A DNA stretch of 64,000 bases from an uncultured delta proteobacterium (GTDB lineage Bacteria > Desulfobacterota > Binatia > UBA9968): positions 21,197 to 85,196 of the forward strand of contig CAWERH010000054.1 of NCBI GenBank assembly GCA_963811315.1, written 5' to 3'. The position numbers were made by a program, and so were the translations under genes. The notes below the pieces were generated by a model, which was not told where the DNA came from, ran no database searches, and was given only the letters and a program-made list of their open reading frames with translations. This document shows positions 1-12,815 of the stretch, piece after piece. Each line of letters starts with the position of its first letter. The first letter of the stretch is position 1.

Positions 1-685
1 AGATGCCTGCCAGCACGCGGTTGGGAAAGTGGTGCTCGAATAATGTGTCGACAAAGGGGAATTGCAGACTGAAGTGCACGGCGATCGGCATCTTTACCCG
101 GTCCGCTTCGGTGAAGAACACATCGTGATCGGGATGGTCAAGTCGCTTGGCGCCGGCCGTGCCGTTGATCATCACTGCCATCACTCCCATATCATGCAGT
201 CGAGTAATTTCTTTGGCTGCGCCTGCAGGGTCCAACAAGGACACCACGCCCACCGCCTTGAGCCGGTCTCGCGCCTGGTTGCACGCTTCGTTGAGCCAGG
301 TGTTGTAAGCGCGGCAAACGCCGTTGGCCAATACGCCGTCGGGCCAAGCATTGGCGTGCAAAAGAAAACTTGGATAAATGAACTGCAAATCGATGGCTTC
401 CCTGTCCAAGTCATCCAGACGCTCTTTGAGGTTCGTCAGTGTTTGGCTGCCCGGAGACGCGCGCCGCGCCGATTGCAAAGCTTTCCCCGGAGGGGCGGCG
501 GTCCCCGGCGCGCCGGCCCCCTTGATGGTCGGTCGCTTGTAGGAAGTCTGACCGTCAATAACCCAAAAATTATGTCCTTGTTCGTCGCCGAGCAGCCGCG
601 GCCGATAATTGCGCAGCCCGGGCTCCATATATTTGTCAAATATTTCTTCGGTCTCAAAAAAATGTCCGTCACCGTCGATGATCAT
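1..685 (-). CDS. amidohydrolase family protein (amidohydrolase-2/PF04909-like); 3' end runs off the window edge
   Basis: Manual reverse-complement translation from ATG at 683-685 gives MIIDGDGHFFETEEIFDKYMEPGLRNYRPRLLGDEQGHNFWVIDGQTS...LKERLDDLDREAIDLQFIYPSFLLHANAWPDGVLANGVCRAYNTWLNEACNQARDRLKAVGVV...VHFSLQFPFVDTLFEHHFPNRVLAGI, open to position 1. It is absent from the ORF track because there is no stop in the window. The listed 62..703 + ORF is its shadow. Confidence 0.7.
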   Translation of the reverse strand, partial: MIIDGDGHFFETEEIFDKYMEPGLRNYRPRLLGDEQGHNFWVIDGQTSYKRPTIKGAGAPGTAAPPGKALQSARRASPGSQTLTNLKERLDDLDREAIDLQFIYPSFLLHANAWPDGVLANGVCRAYNTWLNEACNQARDRLKAVGVVSLLDPAGAAKEITRLHDMGVMAVMINGTAGAKRLDHPDHDVFFTEADRVKMPIAVHFSLQFPFVDTLFEHHFPNRVLAGI

Positions 686-795
686 GATTCAAACCTCTTG
701 TGAAATTTATGTGTGACGATTGCTCGGAGCATATGCCATACACCCCAGAATTCCTGTTTTTCTCTTCCATTGCAAATTTGCCGGTGCAGCGCGAG

Positions 796-1569
796 TTATT
801 TCGACCGTTGCGATACTGCTTCGGGGTTGAGTCCCGTCGGACAAGGATAAGCGCGCAAACTATGCTGGATCTTGTTGCGTGCCATGAGCTCGGCATAGCT
901 TACGCCGACAGCCTTGGTATTGATCACGGGCACCCCAAGCTCGGGTTCAAGCTCTTCGGGCTGCACCACGTAAGGATAGATCTTGCCGCCCAATGGAATG
1001 ATCGCTTGCGCGCCCTGTTGCACCAGTTCCTTGCCGACCTCCAGCGTGCGCTCGACAACCACGTCGTGGTAGCCGGATAGATCGCCGGTGTCATACAACC
1101 CTACGGTGCGAATGCCGCTTACGAACGGCGTCATGCCGTAGGTCTGGACCATCCGCATGGTATGCGGCATGTGGGTTTCCAGCGGCACGATGAGGGCGAA
1201 ACGGTCGCAGATCGTCGCGGCAAAATGCAACGACGCGCGCAGCAGGCCGATCACGGGAATGCGCACCGCCAAGCGACTGGCTTCGACCCCGGGGTCGAAA
1301 GTATTGCTCTGAATCACCGCGTCGAAACCCTGATGCTCCGCTTCCACGGCTTTTTTGACCAGCGCCGGGGTTTCCAGAATATGATGCAAGCCGGAGAGCG
1401 CTTTGCGCTCTTCGAGCAGACTCAATACCGCGCCGCCGCCCAGATCTTCAGGATAGGCCAACTCAAAGGTCGTATCGGGTGACGCGTAGCTTTTCAGCAA
1501 TTGCAAGATATGGGCTTCGAGCTCGGCCGAATGGCGTTGATAAGAGTGGTTTAAGAACATGAAGCGCAT
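796..1569 (-). CDS. Asp/Glu/hydantoin racemase family protein
   Basis: The 257-aa ORF has the length and fold-family composition typical of PF01177 racemases/arylmalonate decarboxylases (…RIPVIGLLRASLHFAATICDRFALIV…IIPLGG…). Confidence 0.55.
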   Translation of the reverse strand: MRFMFLNHSYQRHSAELEAHILQLLKSYASPDTTFELAYPEDLGGGAVLSLLEERKALSGLHHILETPALVKKAVEAEHQGFDAVIQSNTFDPGVEASRLAVRIPVIGLLRASLHFAATICDRFALIVPLETHMPHTMRMVQTYGMTPFVSGIRTVGLYDTGDLSGYHDVVVERTLEVGKELVQQGAQAIIPLGGKIYPYVVQPEELEPELGVPVINTKAVGVSYAELMARNKIQHSLRAYPCPTGLNPEAVSQRSK

Positions 1570-1620
1570 GGCGACCTCCTTGTGTGCATCTTAGAGTCTT
1601 GGTTCTCGCGTTGGATGAAT

Positions 1621-2607
1621 TCAACTGCCAAAAATCGATCTCAATTGTTTGGCGTATTCGTCCAGCTTCTCCGCCAACGCCGGATTGACGGGAACGATCC
1701 GCAGTTCCTTGAGCCGCGCGCTTTGATCGCCGGCGACGTCGCGGCGCGCAACGTGGCGCCCCGGTGTTTGCATGAGTTTTTGTCCATCGCGCGACAGGAC
1801 GAATTCCAAGAATAGTTTGGCGGCGTTCGGGTGCGGCGCACGAGTCGCCAGACCGATGCCGACCATGATCGCCGGCACGGTGCCCAACGCCGTCCATTCG
1901 ATCGGTGCGCCGCGCTCTTTCATGCGCTCCACCGATGCCGCTGGAATATTAATGTCGAACGCGCCTTCGCCGGCGGCCACTAGTTGGGCGAGTAATTCAT
2001 GGCCTTCACGCGGGCTCGGCTGCTGTTTAGCGAGCTCGCGCATATATTTGAGACCCCGCTCCTGGCCGAGGATCTGCAGCATTCCGGCGAACCAATCGGC
2101 TTTGGTTCCCTCCATCATCAGCTTGTTTTTCCATTTGGTGTCGAGCAGGTCCTCGTAACTCTTGGGCAATTCGCGCAGCGGCACGAGCTTGCTGTTATAC
2201 CCGGTGACGTAGGCGTTGTAGTAGGCCGTGGTCCAGAAACCCTCGTCTTTAAATTCCTGCGGAAACGCCGAGTTCGCCTGGGCGAGATAGCGTGCCAGAA
2301 TGCCCTGGCGGCGCAGCATATACATGCTGAACTCGACGGTTTGAATGACGTCGGCGAAAGGCTTGCCGGCGCGCGCCTCCGTCAACAATCGAGTGAGCAA
2401 TTTCTCGCTCCCGGTGCGTTGGAGTTTGACTTTGATCGGCGGGTGGCGCTTTTCGAACTCGCCGATCAATGCGTTAGCCTCGCCGAGATTCATGGAAGCG
2501 TAATAGACGACTTCACCTTCACGGCGCGCGGCGTCGGCGAGAGTATCGGGTTCGCCGCTGCTGCAAGGGAAGCGGTTAACGCTACCAGCAAGGCGGATAA
2601 AATCCAC
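1621..2607 (-). CDS. ABC transporter substrate-binding protein (extracellular solute-binding family 1, Fe3+/polyamine-like)
   Basis: GEVVYYASMNLGEANALIGEFEKRHPPIKVKLQRTGSEKLLTRL is a classic N-terminal SBP motif. No signal peptide is in frame. A hydrophobic signal-like stretch (WILSALLVALTASLAAAA) lies in the 2490..2672 frame, suggesting an N-terminal 1-bp frameshift near 2548. Confidence 0.6.
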   Translation of the reverse strand: MDFIRLAGSVNRFPCSSGEPDTLADAARREGEVVYYASMNLGEANALIGEFEKRHPPIKVKLQRTGSEKLLTRLLTEARAGKPFADVIQTVEFSMYMLRRQGILARYLAQANSAFPQEFKDEGFWTTAYYNAYVTGYNSKLVPLRELPKSYEDLLDTKWKNKLMMEGTKADWFAGMLQILGQERGLKYMRELAKQQPSPREGHELLAQLVAAGEGAFDINIPAASVERMKERGAPIEWTALGTVPAIMVGIGLATRAPHPNAAKLFLEFVLSRDGQKLMQTPGRHVARRDVAGDQSARLKELRIVPVNPALAEKLDEYAKQLRSIFGS

Positions 2608-2646
2608 AACTCTATTTTGCGCGAAAATACCAAGGGGACCTCATCA

Positions 2647-3578
2647 TTAGTTTTGCGACAAGGAGGCGACAAAACCGTTTTCCTCTAACTCGCGTATATA
2701 GCGATCATCGACAAAGTGTTTCGCGTCGGCGCCTTTTGCTTCTGCGACCTCATGCGCCATAAAATCGAGCAGAACTTGCAGCGAGCTGACCACGGGATAC
2801 GGAATTTTTGGCATGCCCGGCTGGGTGAGATCGTAGGTTTCTTCGGCGACGGTGCGGTCGGCGATGCCGCTGTATTCTGCCTGGACGCCGACCGTAAAGT
2901 TGCGGTCGCTGCGATAGCGATGCATGCCTTCGACGTAGGCCTTGATAAACTTTCGCGTGATCTCGGGATGTGCGGTCGACATAATCGCGCCGCGCCGCGA
3001 TGCCGCCAAGCGCGTAGTTCAAGCCATACTCGGCGAAGTCGATCAGATATTTGCACCCTTGTCGGTGCGCCTCGATGGATTCCGGCGGCGTGCTCACTAC
3101 CGCGTCGACTTTGCCGCTCAGTAAAGCTTCGAGCTCGGCCTCGCCGCCTGGGCGCATGGGTTCTTCGTGCAGTCCGCTGATGCCCGCCGCATTCAGCTTC
3201 TCAATAATGAATCTAACCAGTGCGTCGTTGAGCCCGCCGTCGCCGACAAAGCCGATTTTTTTGCCGCTGAGTTCGGTCGCGACTCGTGATGCCGGGCCGG
3301 CCCTGAATGAATTGCTGGTTGATGCCGCCGGTGAGAAATACCAGGTCGGCTTCGCCCTTGAGATTGGCCCGTAACGGCGCCGGCGCCGCCATGTTGCCGA
3401 ATTGAATTTCTCCCGACATCAATCCGCGCACCACGCCTTTGGCGCCGCCCATAATGGCGGGACGATCGATGTCCAGGCCATGTTTGTGAAATAGTCCGGC
3501 TTTCCAAGTCACCATCATCGGGCCCGCGCCTTGGCCGATGGTGGCAAAACCGGCGTTGACCTTGATCAGATCCGTCAT
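2647..3578 (-). pseudogene. NMT1/THI5-like ABC substrate-binding protein split over three reading frames
   Basis: ORFs 3213..3578, 2750..3157 and 2647..3009 (all minus) encode consecutive N-terminal, middle and C-terminal parts of one NMT1-like SBP (…GLFHKHGLDIDRPAIMGG…, …GKVDAVVSTPPESIEAHRQG…, …DRYIRELEENGFVASL). Confidence 0.6.
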
Positions 3579-3734
3579 GTTTTTTTCTCCTTAACGGCTG
3601 TCCTCGACGCGGATGATTCTCACTCCTATCACGCTTTGGCGCTGACGAGTCAAGTCGATTAGCACTGACAATCTTTAAGAATCTGCCGGTGGCCGAGCGA
3701 TACGCAAGTATAATCGCAGATCTTCGAATTCTCG

Positions 3735-3763
3735 TTGACAGCTTTTTTATGCCACGGTATATT
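3735..3763 (+). promoter_or_regulatory. sigma70-type promoter TTGACA-N17-TATATT upstream of kdsB
   Basis: TTGACA at 3735-3740, a 17-nt spacer, then TATATT at 3758-3763, about 110 bp upstream of the kdsB ATG. Confidence 0.45.
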
Positions 3764-3871
3764 TAAAATCCGTGATGCGCTTTCCCGGAGAGCCATTGCG
3801 GTTTTTTATTTTTGGGACAAGAAACGTTGACCTTTCTGTTCGCAGGCATCGCACCTCTGAATCCGTGAATC

Positions 3872-4645
3872 ATGAGCGTCGTGGCGATTATTCCGGCGCG
3901 TTATGGTTCGACCCGTTTGCCAGGGAAGCCGTTAGCCGAGATCGGCGGCAAGCCGATGATCCAGCATGTTTACGAGAGCGCGTCGAAGGCTCGAGTCCTG
4001 GATCGCGTGATGGTGGCAACCGACGATCAACGAATTGTCGACGCGGTGCGCGCCTTCGGCGGCGAAGTGATGCTGACCGCGGCGCATCACGCAAGCGGCA
4101 CGGACCGTTTGGCGGAAGTGGCGCGCAAGGTCAAGGCGGATTGGTTGGTGAACATACAGGGCGATCTCCCGTTTATTCATGCGGCGACGATCACCCAAGC
4201 GGTTGTGCCGCTGCGGCGCAACCGAACGCTACCGATGGGCACCGTGTGCACGGCGATCTTTGACGAAGAAGAATGGCGGAATCCCAACGTCGTCAAGGTT
4301 CTCACCGATCGCAACGACTGCGCGATTTATTTTACCCGGGCGCCGATTCCTTACGTGAGAAATGCACGGATCGATCCTACGGGCAAAACCATACGCGCGA
4401 GCATCAAGCGGCGGCTTTGGGGTTATCGTCATCTCGGACTTTATGTCTACCGTCGCGATTTCTTGCTTAAGTTTGCCCGGCTCCGGCCCACGCCGCTGGA
4501 GCAGATCGAGAGTTTGGAACAGTTGCGCCTGTTGCAAAACGGTTATCGGATCCATGTCGCGCTCGTCGACGAGAAATCGGTGGAAGTCGATACTCCCGCG
4601 GACTTGAAAAGGGCAGAGCTGTACCTGAAGCGGCAGCTAAACTGA
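3872..4645 (+). CDS. kdsB: 3-deoxy-manno-octulosonate cytidylyltransferase (CMP-KDO synthetase)
   Basis: N-terminus MSVVAIIPARYGSTRLPGKPLAEIGGKPMIQHVYE; 257 aa. Confidence 0.9.
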   Translation: MSVVAIIPARYGSTRLPGKPLAEIGGKPMIQHVYESASKARVLDRVMVATDDQRIVDAVRAFGGEVMLTAAHHASGTDRLAEVARKVKADWLVNIQGDLPFIHAATITQAVVPLRRNRTLPMGTVCTAIFDEEEWRNPNVVKVLTDRNDCAIYFTRAPIPYVRNARIDPTGKTIRASIKRRLWGYRHLGLYVYRRDFLLKFARLRPTPLEQIESLEQLRLLQNGYRIHVALVDEKSVEVDTPADLKRAELYLKRQLN

Positions 4646-6301
<1,656 letters not shown>

Positions 6302-6324
6302 TTGCACGCGTTCCGCATTAACTG

Positions 6325-7161
6325 ATGTCAACCAAGTTGATCAAAGTCGGTAACGTTGAAATCGGCGCCGGCCGGCCGCTCGCGGTCATCGCCGGCCCGT
6401 GCGTAATTGAAAGCAAGGACTCGGCGTTGCGCCATGCTGCGGCGCTGAAAGAGCGAGCGGATCGCGTCGGCGTGCCGTATATTTTCAAATCGTCTTACGA
6501 CAAGGCCAATCGATCGTCGGTTAATTCCTATCGCGGCCCGGGTTTGGCGCAGGGATTAGAAATTCTCGCCGAAGTGAAACGGCAAATCCGCGTGCCGATC
6601 CTCACCGATGTGCATGAGATCGATCAGGTCGCGGCCGTCAAGGAGGTCGCCGATATCTTGCAGATTCCGGCTTTTTTGTGCAGGCAAACCGACTTCGTCG
6701 TCGCGGTCGCCCAATCAGGCAAGGTTATCAACGTAAAAAAAGGTCAGTTTCTCGCGCCCTGGGATATGCGTAACGTGGTCGAAAAGATTCGTTCGACGGG
6801 CAACGAGCAGATTCTGCTGACGGAGCGCGGCGCGTCTTTCGGTTACAATAATTTAGTTTCCGATATGCGCTCGCTGGTGATCATGGGGGAGTTCGGATAT
6901 CCGGTGGTCTTCGACGCGACGCATAGTTTGCAACTCCCCGGCGGACTCGGCAATGCGTCCGGCGGCGAGCGCAAGTACATTCCCGCGCTGGCGCGTGCCG
7001 GTGTCGCCGCGGGCATCGACGCTCTCTTCATGGAAGTGCATGAAGATCCGGATCACGCGTTGAGCGACGGGCCCAACTCTCTGGCGTTGGAGAACTTCGA
7101 GGGGCTGCTGCGAAGTGTCAAACAGATCGACGCGCTGGTCAGAGGGTCCGCGCCGCAATGA
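6325..7161 (+). CDS. kdsA: 2-dehydro-3-deoxyphosphooctonate aldolase (KDO-8-P synthase)
   Basis: …LAVIAGPCVIESKDSALRHAA…; 278 aa; position between kdsB/pyrG and kdsD. Confidence 0.9.
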   Translation: MSTKLIKVGNVEIGAGRPLAVIAGPCVIESKDSALRHAAALKERADRVGVPYIFKSSYDKANRSSVNSYRGPGLAQGLEILAEVKRQIRVPILTDVHEIDQVAAVKEVADILQIPAFLCRQTDFVVAVAQSGKVINVKKGQFLAPWDMRNVVEKIRSTGNEQILLTERGASFGYNNLVSDMRSLVIMGEFGYPVVFDATHSLQLPGGLGNASGGERKYIPALARAGVAAGIDALFMEVHEDPDHALSDGPNSLALENFEGLLRSVKQIDALVRGSAPQ

Positions 7162-8126
7162 AGTCTGACGTCATAATCAAGCGCGCCGCTGACGTGCTGC
7201 GCATCGAGGCCAACGGCCTGCTCGCGATGATCGATCGGCTCGATCAGAACTTCGTGCGCGCCGTGGAACTGATGGGTGCGTGCCGCGGCAAAATCGTTGT
7301 GACCGGTCTGGGCAAATCCGGCGTGATTTGCCAAAAGATCGCCGCCACGCTGGCCAGCACTGGAACGCCGTCTTTTTTTCTCCATTCCGGCGACGCTGTG
7401 CATGGCGACCTCGGCATGGTGCGTGAAGACGACTTGATCCTTGCGGTCTCGAATAGCGGCGAGACCGATGAGATTTTAAAGCTGCTGCCACATTTCAAGC
7501 TGCACGGCATCAAGCTCCTGGTCATCACCGGCAATCCGAATTCGACGCTGGCAAAAGCCGGCGACGTGGTCCTCGATGTCAGAGTTACAGAGGAGGCTTG
7601 CACTTTAGGCCCGGCACCGACCGCCAGCACGACCGCCGCATTGGCCATGGGCGATGCTCTTGCAGTGGTGCTGCTCGAAGAAAAAGGATTTAAGGAAGAA
7701 GATTTTGCTTTGCGCCATCCCGGCGGTACTTTAGGCCGCCGGCTTTTGCTGCGGGTTGCGGATTTAATGTACCGTGGCGCGCAGTTGCCGGTGGTCCAAC
7801 AGAAAACCCTGGTGCGCGATGCGCTCTTCGAGATTACCTCGAAGCGTCTCGGTGTAACCGGTGTGACCGACGCCGAAGGCAAGCTAGTGGGCATTATTAC
7901 CGACGGCGATTTGCGGCGCGGTCTCGAGCGTAAAGGGCAGATTCTCGAATTGACGGCTGAAGAAATTATGACTCGCGAACCGAAAACCGTGTCTGCCGAT
8001 ACCATGGCAACGGAAGCCATGGCGGTGATGGAACGGTTTCCCATCACTTCGCTATTTGTTCTCGATGCTCGGGATTGCCCCGTCGGTGTGATCCATCTGC
8101 ACGATCTGGTCAAAGCCGGGATCTAG
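7158..8126 (+). CDS. kdsD: arabinose-5-phosphate isomerase (SIS plus tandem CBS domains)
   Basis: SIS motif VVTGLGKSGVICQKIAATLASTGTPSFFLH, then CBS domains; 322 aa; 4-bp overlap with kdsA. Confidence 0.9.
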   Translation: MKSDVIIKRAADVLRIEANGLLAMIDRLDQNFVRAVELMGACRGKIVVTGLGKSGVICQKIAATLASTGTPSFFLHSGDAVHGDLGMVREDDLILAVSNSGETDEILKLLPHFKLHGIKLLVITGNPNSTLAKAGDVVLDVRVTEEACTLGPAPTASTTAALAMGDALAVVLLEEKGFKEEDFALRHPGGTLGRRLLLRVADLMYRGAQLPVVQQKTLVRDALFEITSKRLGVTGVTDAEGKLVGIITDGDLRRGLERKGQILELTAEEIMTREPKTVSADTMATEAMAVMERFPITSLFVLDARDCPVGVIHLHDLVKAGI

Positions 8127-8133
8127 CTTTCTC

Positions 8134-8661
8134 GTGAAACGAATTCCTGTTGCAGTCCGGCGCAAGGCCAAGAAGATCAAGCTGCTTTTGCTTGATGTGG
8201 ATGGCGTGCTCACCGACGGTCGGATTATCATCGACGACCGCGGCGTGGAAACAAAACAATTCAACGTCCGCGATGGGCAGGGAATTTCTTTGCTGTTGCG
8301 CTCGGGAGTCGATGTCGGGTTTATGACAGCCCGCTCGTCAAAAGTCGTAAGCCGACGAGCCAAGGAGTTGGGTGTGCGGATTGTCCGTCAAGGCGTGCAA
8401 AACAAGCTCGACGCCTATCACGCCATTCGAGCTAATTTGCGACTTAGCGACCATGAGATCGCCTATATGGGCGACGACGTGATCGACCTTGCGGTGCTGC
8501 GTCAGGCTGGTTTGGCGATTACCGTGAACGACGGTTGGCACGGTCTGATATCCGCGGTGGATTTTGTTACGACTTCACCAGGTGGAAGCGGCGCTGTCAG
8601 AGAGGTTGCCGAAATCTTGTTAGTCGCCCAGGGTAATTGGTCCAGGCTTACCGCTATTTAG
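8134..8661 (+). CDS. kdsC: 3-deoxy-D-manno-octulosonate 8-phosphate phosphatase (HAD family)
   Basis: LLLLDVDGVLTDGRIIIDDRGVETKQFNVRDGQGISLL; 175 aa. Confidence 0.9.
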   Translation: MKRIPVAVRRKAKKIKLLLLDVDGVLTDGRIIIDDRGVETKQFNVRDGQGISLLLRSGVDVGFMTARSSKVVSRRAKELGVRIVRQGVQNKLDAYHAIRANLRLSDHEIAYMGDDVIDLAVLRQAGLAITVNDGWHGLISAVDFVTTSPGGSGAVREVAEILLVAQGNWSRLTAI

Positions 8662-8771
8662 CTTAATTCTAGAATTCGCGCGAAGTTTTAGACTTTCAAA
8701 GCAAATTTCGTGCCCATTCCTTTACAGGACTACCGAAGAGTGGTACTTTTGCACTTTAGTGCAGAACCATA

Positions 8772-9398
8772 ATGCGTAAAGTGAGACGTGCCATATTGCT
8801 CGTAGCGATTTTTCTCTCCCTTGGAGGGGTAGCCTACAAAGTTACCGGGATCGTCCAGAGCATGAAAAAAGAGATCAAGAAGAATCCCCTGGAGGCACTC
8901 GATTATCTCCCGGCGTCCCAGCTGCACATGAAAGATTTCCATCGCTCCAAAATCGAAGATGGCCGGAAGGTCTGGGAGCTTTTCGGCGAGGAAGCGCAGT
9001 ACTTCAAGGAACAGAAGGAAGCCGTGATCAAGAAGCCCAGATTTAACTACTACGACAAAAAGGGCGAAGCGGTAGAAACCTATGGCGACGAAGCCCGCCT
9101 GTACATGAACGAAAGTGAACTCGAGAAGCTCGTGCTCCGCGGCGGCATCCAAGTTACATTTCAAGGCTACGTGCTAAAATCGGAAGAAGCGAACTACGTG
9201 CCGGCCAAGGACCAGATCGTTTTGCCGACCCGGACCAAGGTGACCGGGGAGGGCTTGGAACTCGAAGGCGCAAGCATGGAGGTTGAGCTGGAAGCAAAAA
9301 AAATCCGCTTGTTAAATAACGTGAAAACCAAAATCGAGCCGGACAAACTGGCCAAAAAGAAAAACAAGGCTGCGGCGGCGCCGGGGATTGGCGGCTAA
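8772..9398 (+). CDS. lptC: LPS export system protein LptC
   Basis: N-terminal membrane anchor, about 200 aa beta-jellyroll-type sequence, and the conserved position kdsC-lptC-lptA-lptB. Confidence 0.75.
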   Translation: MRKVRRAILLVAIFLSLGGVAYKVTGIVQSMKKEIKKNPLEALDYLPASQLHMKDFHRSKIEDGRKVWELFGEEAQYFKEQKEAVIKKPRFNYYDKKGEAVETYGDEARLYMNESELEKLVLRGGIQVTFQGYVLKSEEANYVPAKDQIVLPTRTKVTGEGLELEGASMEVELEAKKIRLLNNVKTKIEPDKLAKKKNKAAAAPGIGG

Positions 9399-9404
9399 GC
9401 AAAA

Positions 9405-9967
9405 ATGGTTCGCTATTTCCCAATCGCCCAACTCATTATCCTAGCGCTAATGGCTGCGGTTCCTGCACTGTCGGTCGCCGCCAGCGAATCCGCTGCCAAG
9501 GAAGAATCGAAAAAGAGCAGCAGCGCCTTCGAATTCAACCGTAAAGATCCGATTTACATTTCCGCCGACTGGATGGAAGTCGATCAAAAGCAAAGTACAA
9601 TTACTTACAAAGGGCGCGTCGTGGCGGTGCAGTCGGAAATGACCATGAGAAGCGAGATCCTCACGGCTTACTATGACACCGAGATGAAGCAGATGAAACA
9701 AATCGTCGCCGAGGGAAAGGTCAATGCTACCCAAGGCGCGCGGGTGGCGACAGGTGAAAAGGCCGTATTTGACGACAAAGCGAAAACCGTCACTTTGACC
9801 GGCAATCCGGTTATGCGCCAAGGCAACAATCAAGTCAGCGGCGCCAAGGTGATTTACTTTGTCGAGCAAGACAAGGCGACTGTCGATGGCGACGGTAAGA
9901 TCCGTGTCCAGGCAACGATATTTCCGGATGAGCTGAAAGGTAAAGATGCCGGGGACGCCAAAGAAAA

Positions 9968-9971
<4 letters not shown>
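9405..9971 (+). CDS. lptA: LPS transport periplasmic protein LptA (OstA N-terminal-like)
   Basis: Signal peptide, then …IYISADWMEVDQKQSTITYKGRVVAVQSEMTMRSEILTAYY…KTVTLTGNPVMRQGNNQVSGAKVIYF. Confidence 0.85.
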
Positions 9972-10690
<719 letters not shown>

Positions 10691-10691
10691 T

Positions 10692-12167
10692 ATGGCTCTC
10701 GAAATTCGCCAAGTTCAGAAGCTGGCTCAACAGTTGGTCATGACGCCGCAACTGCAGCAGGCGATCAAACTGCTGCAACTTTCCCGGCTCGAGTTGGAAG
10801 AGATGGTGCTCAAAGAGCTCCAGGAAAACCCCGCGCTGGAGGAAGGCGCGAGTGAAGAAACCGAAAGCAACGACCAACCGCGGGTTGAAGCGCCGGGCGA
10901 ACCAGCCGCGGAGCTGGCCGAGCTGACTGTCAATCGGGAGTTGTCCGCCGTCGATAAGATCGGCACGCTGGACTGGCAGGAGTATTTGGATACTCATTCG
11001 AACTCGATGCATGGCTCGCTTACCGCGGAGGCCATGTCGGAGGACGGCGACGCGCCGCCCTCTTGGGAAAATAGCCTGACCAAAAAGACCTCCCTGGAAG
11101 ATCATTTAATCTGGCAATTGCGGCTCTCCAAAATCACCGAAAAAGAATCGGCCATCGGTCTCTACGTAATCCAAAATCTCAATGAAAACGGCTATCTGAC
11201 TTTGACGGTGGAGGAGGTTTGCAGCGCCACGGAAACCACTCCAGAAGATGTCGAAGCGATATTGAAACGGATTCAATTCTTCGATCCGGTGGGCGTGGCG
11301 GCCCGTGATTTACGCGAGTGTCTGTTGATCCAACTGGAAAATCTGCACCTGAGCGACACACTGGCAGCGCGGATCGTCGCTGACTACCTTAGCTTCCTTG
11401 AGTCTAAGCGCTACGAGAAGTTGGCGAAGGATCTCGGCGTGACGATCGACGACATAGCCGACGCCGCTCATCTTATCGCATCCCTTGAGCCCAAACCGTC
11501 CCGCGGCTTCGAGCAAGACGAAGTGCGCACCGTGTTGCCGGATGTGTTCGTTGAGAAGATCGATGGCGAATATATTATTTATCTCAACGATGATGGCGTG
11601 CCGCGCTTGCGCGTGAGCTCGCTCTATCGCCGCATGGCTGGCCAGGAAGGGGCGGCGGAGGAACAAGCGCGCCAATATTTGCAAGAAAAAGTCCGCGCGG
11701 CAACGTGGCTGATAAAAAGCATCCAGCAACGCCAGCAGACTCTGTTTCGCGTGACCCAAAGTATTTTCAAATTTCAGCAGGAGTTTCTCGATCACGGTGT
11801 CAGCCGCTTAAAGCCGATGGTGTTGCGCGACGTGGCCGAAGATATCCATATGCATGAGTCGACGGTGAGCCGCGCCACGGCGAATAAATACGTTCACACT
11901 CCGCAGGGACTTTTTGAGCTCAAATTCTTTTTCCAGAGCGGCCTCCGAAGCGGCAGCGGCGAAGATGTCGCCAGTGAAAGCGTCAAGGAAAAAATCCGCG
12001 GCATTATCGGAGCCGAAGATCCGCGCAAACCCTATAGCGACCAGCACATTGCCGCAATGTTATCGACGGATTCCATCGATATCGCCCGGCGCACGGTCGC
12101 TAAATATCGCGAGGCCATGGGCATTCTTCCTTCCTCCAAACGTCGCCAACCATTCCTGCGCCGATAA
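10692..12167 (+). CDS. rpoN: RNA polymerase sigma-54 factor
   Basis: N-terminal Gln/Leu-rich region, C-terminal RpoN box ARRTVAKYRE; 491 aa. Confidence 0.95.
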   Translation: MALEIRQVQKLAQQLVMTPQLQQAIKLLQLSRLELEEMVLKELQENPALEEGASEETESNDQPRVEAPGEPAAELAELTVNRELSAVDKIGTLDWQEYLDTHSNSMHGSLTAEAMSEDGDAPPSWENSLTKKTSLEDHLIWQLRLSKITEKESAIGLYVIQNLNENGYLTLTVEEVCSATETTPEDVEAILKRIQFFDPVGVAARDLRECLLIQLENLHLSDTLAARIVADYLSFLESKRYEKLAKDLGVTIDDIADAAHLIASLEPKPSRGFEQDEVRTVLPDVFVEKIDGEYIIYLNDDGVPRLRVSSLYRRMAGQEGAAEEQARQYLQEKVRAATWLIKSIQQRQQTLFRVTQSIFKFQQEFLDHGVSRLKPMVLRDVAEDIHMHESTVSRATANKYVHTPQGLFELKFFFQSGLRSGSGEDVASESVKEKIRGIIGAEDPRKPYSDQHIAAMLSTDSIDIARRTVAKYREAMGILPSSKRRQPFLRR

Positions 12168-12347
12168 CGTTTTAGAAGATTGTGCGAATTCATGAGCGCG
12201 CTTAGCATGTCGGTAATTTTTGAGGCAGCGCCACCGAAGATGGATCGGATCACGAGAATTACGTGAAAAAGGCCAGCGCAATTCGCTGGCTGCTGACAGT
12301 TTGACCATTAAATAGTTAAAATAAGATCAATCGAAGAAGGCATACCT

Positions 12348-12809
12348 GTGAAAATCACCGATTTTCTCACCATCGACACGATTATTCCGGCCCTCAGTCA
12401 GAACGAAAAAAATAAGGTGCTGGAAGAGTTGGCAAACTTGCTCTCGGCAAGTCGTCCAATTTTGGACAAGAACAAAGTTCTCGAGGTGTTGTTAGAGCGC
12501 GAACGAATCAGCACCACGGCCATCGGCGAAGGCGTGGCGATTCCTCACGGCAAACTGGCCGGCGTAGATCGTGTTTTGGGCGCGTTCGCGCGCAGTCCGG
12601 AAGGCGTCGACTTCGCCTCTCTAGACGGCGGGCCGACGCATTTATTCTTTGCGCTGATCGCGCCGGAAAATGCCGCGGCGGACCATCTGAAGGCGCTCGC
12701 GCGGATCTCCCGACTGCTCAAAGACGAAGCATTTCGCCGCCGCCTCATGGCCGGGCGATCCGCCGAAGAATTATTTACCATCATTGCCGAAGAGGACGAG
12801 AAGTTTTGA
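12348..12809 (+). CDS. ptsN: PTS IIA-like nitrogen regulatory protein (EIIA-Ntr)
   Basis: GTG start; PTS EIIA-2 motif TAIGEGVAIPHGK; immediately after rpoN. No hpf gene fits in the 180-bp gap. Confidence 0.85.
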   Translation: MKITDFLTIDTIIPALSQNEKNKVLEELANLLSASRPILDKNKVLEVLLERERISTTAIGEGVAIPHGKLAGVDRVLGAFARSPEGVDFASLDGGPTHLFFALIAPENAAADHLKALARISRLLKDEAFRRRLMAGRSAEELFTIIAEEDEKF

Positions 12810-12815
12810 TTTTGT

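Noticed and set aside
62-703. 213-aa plus-strand ORF at the window start
   Set aside because: No family resemblance. It lies exactly antisense to a clearly amidohydrolase-like reading frame on the minus strand, so it is a GC-rich shadow ORF.
7244-8113. 289-aa minus-strand ORF inside kdsD
   Set aside because: Antisense to the SIS/CBS isomerase; Ser/Arg-rich shadow frame.
8700-8771. Candidate sigma-54 promoters (TGG…TGCA-like strings) upstream of lptC (GTGGTACTTTTGCACTT) and elsewhere, e.g. 37924 TGGCTCGTGCTTGAC
   Set aside because: The GG-N10-GC spacing is wrong in each case. The TGCAC-N4-GTGCA palindrome at about 8738-8751 is noted but unassigned.
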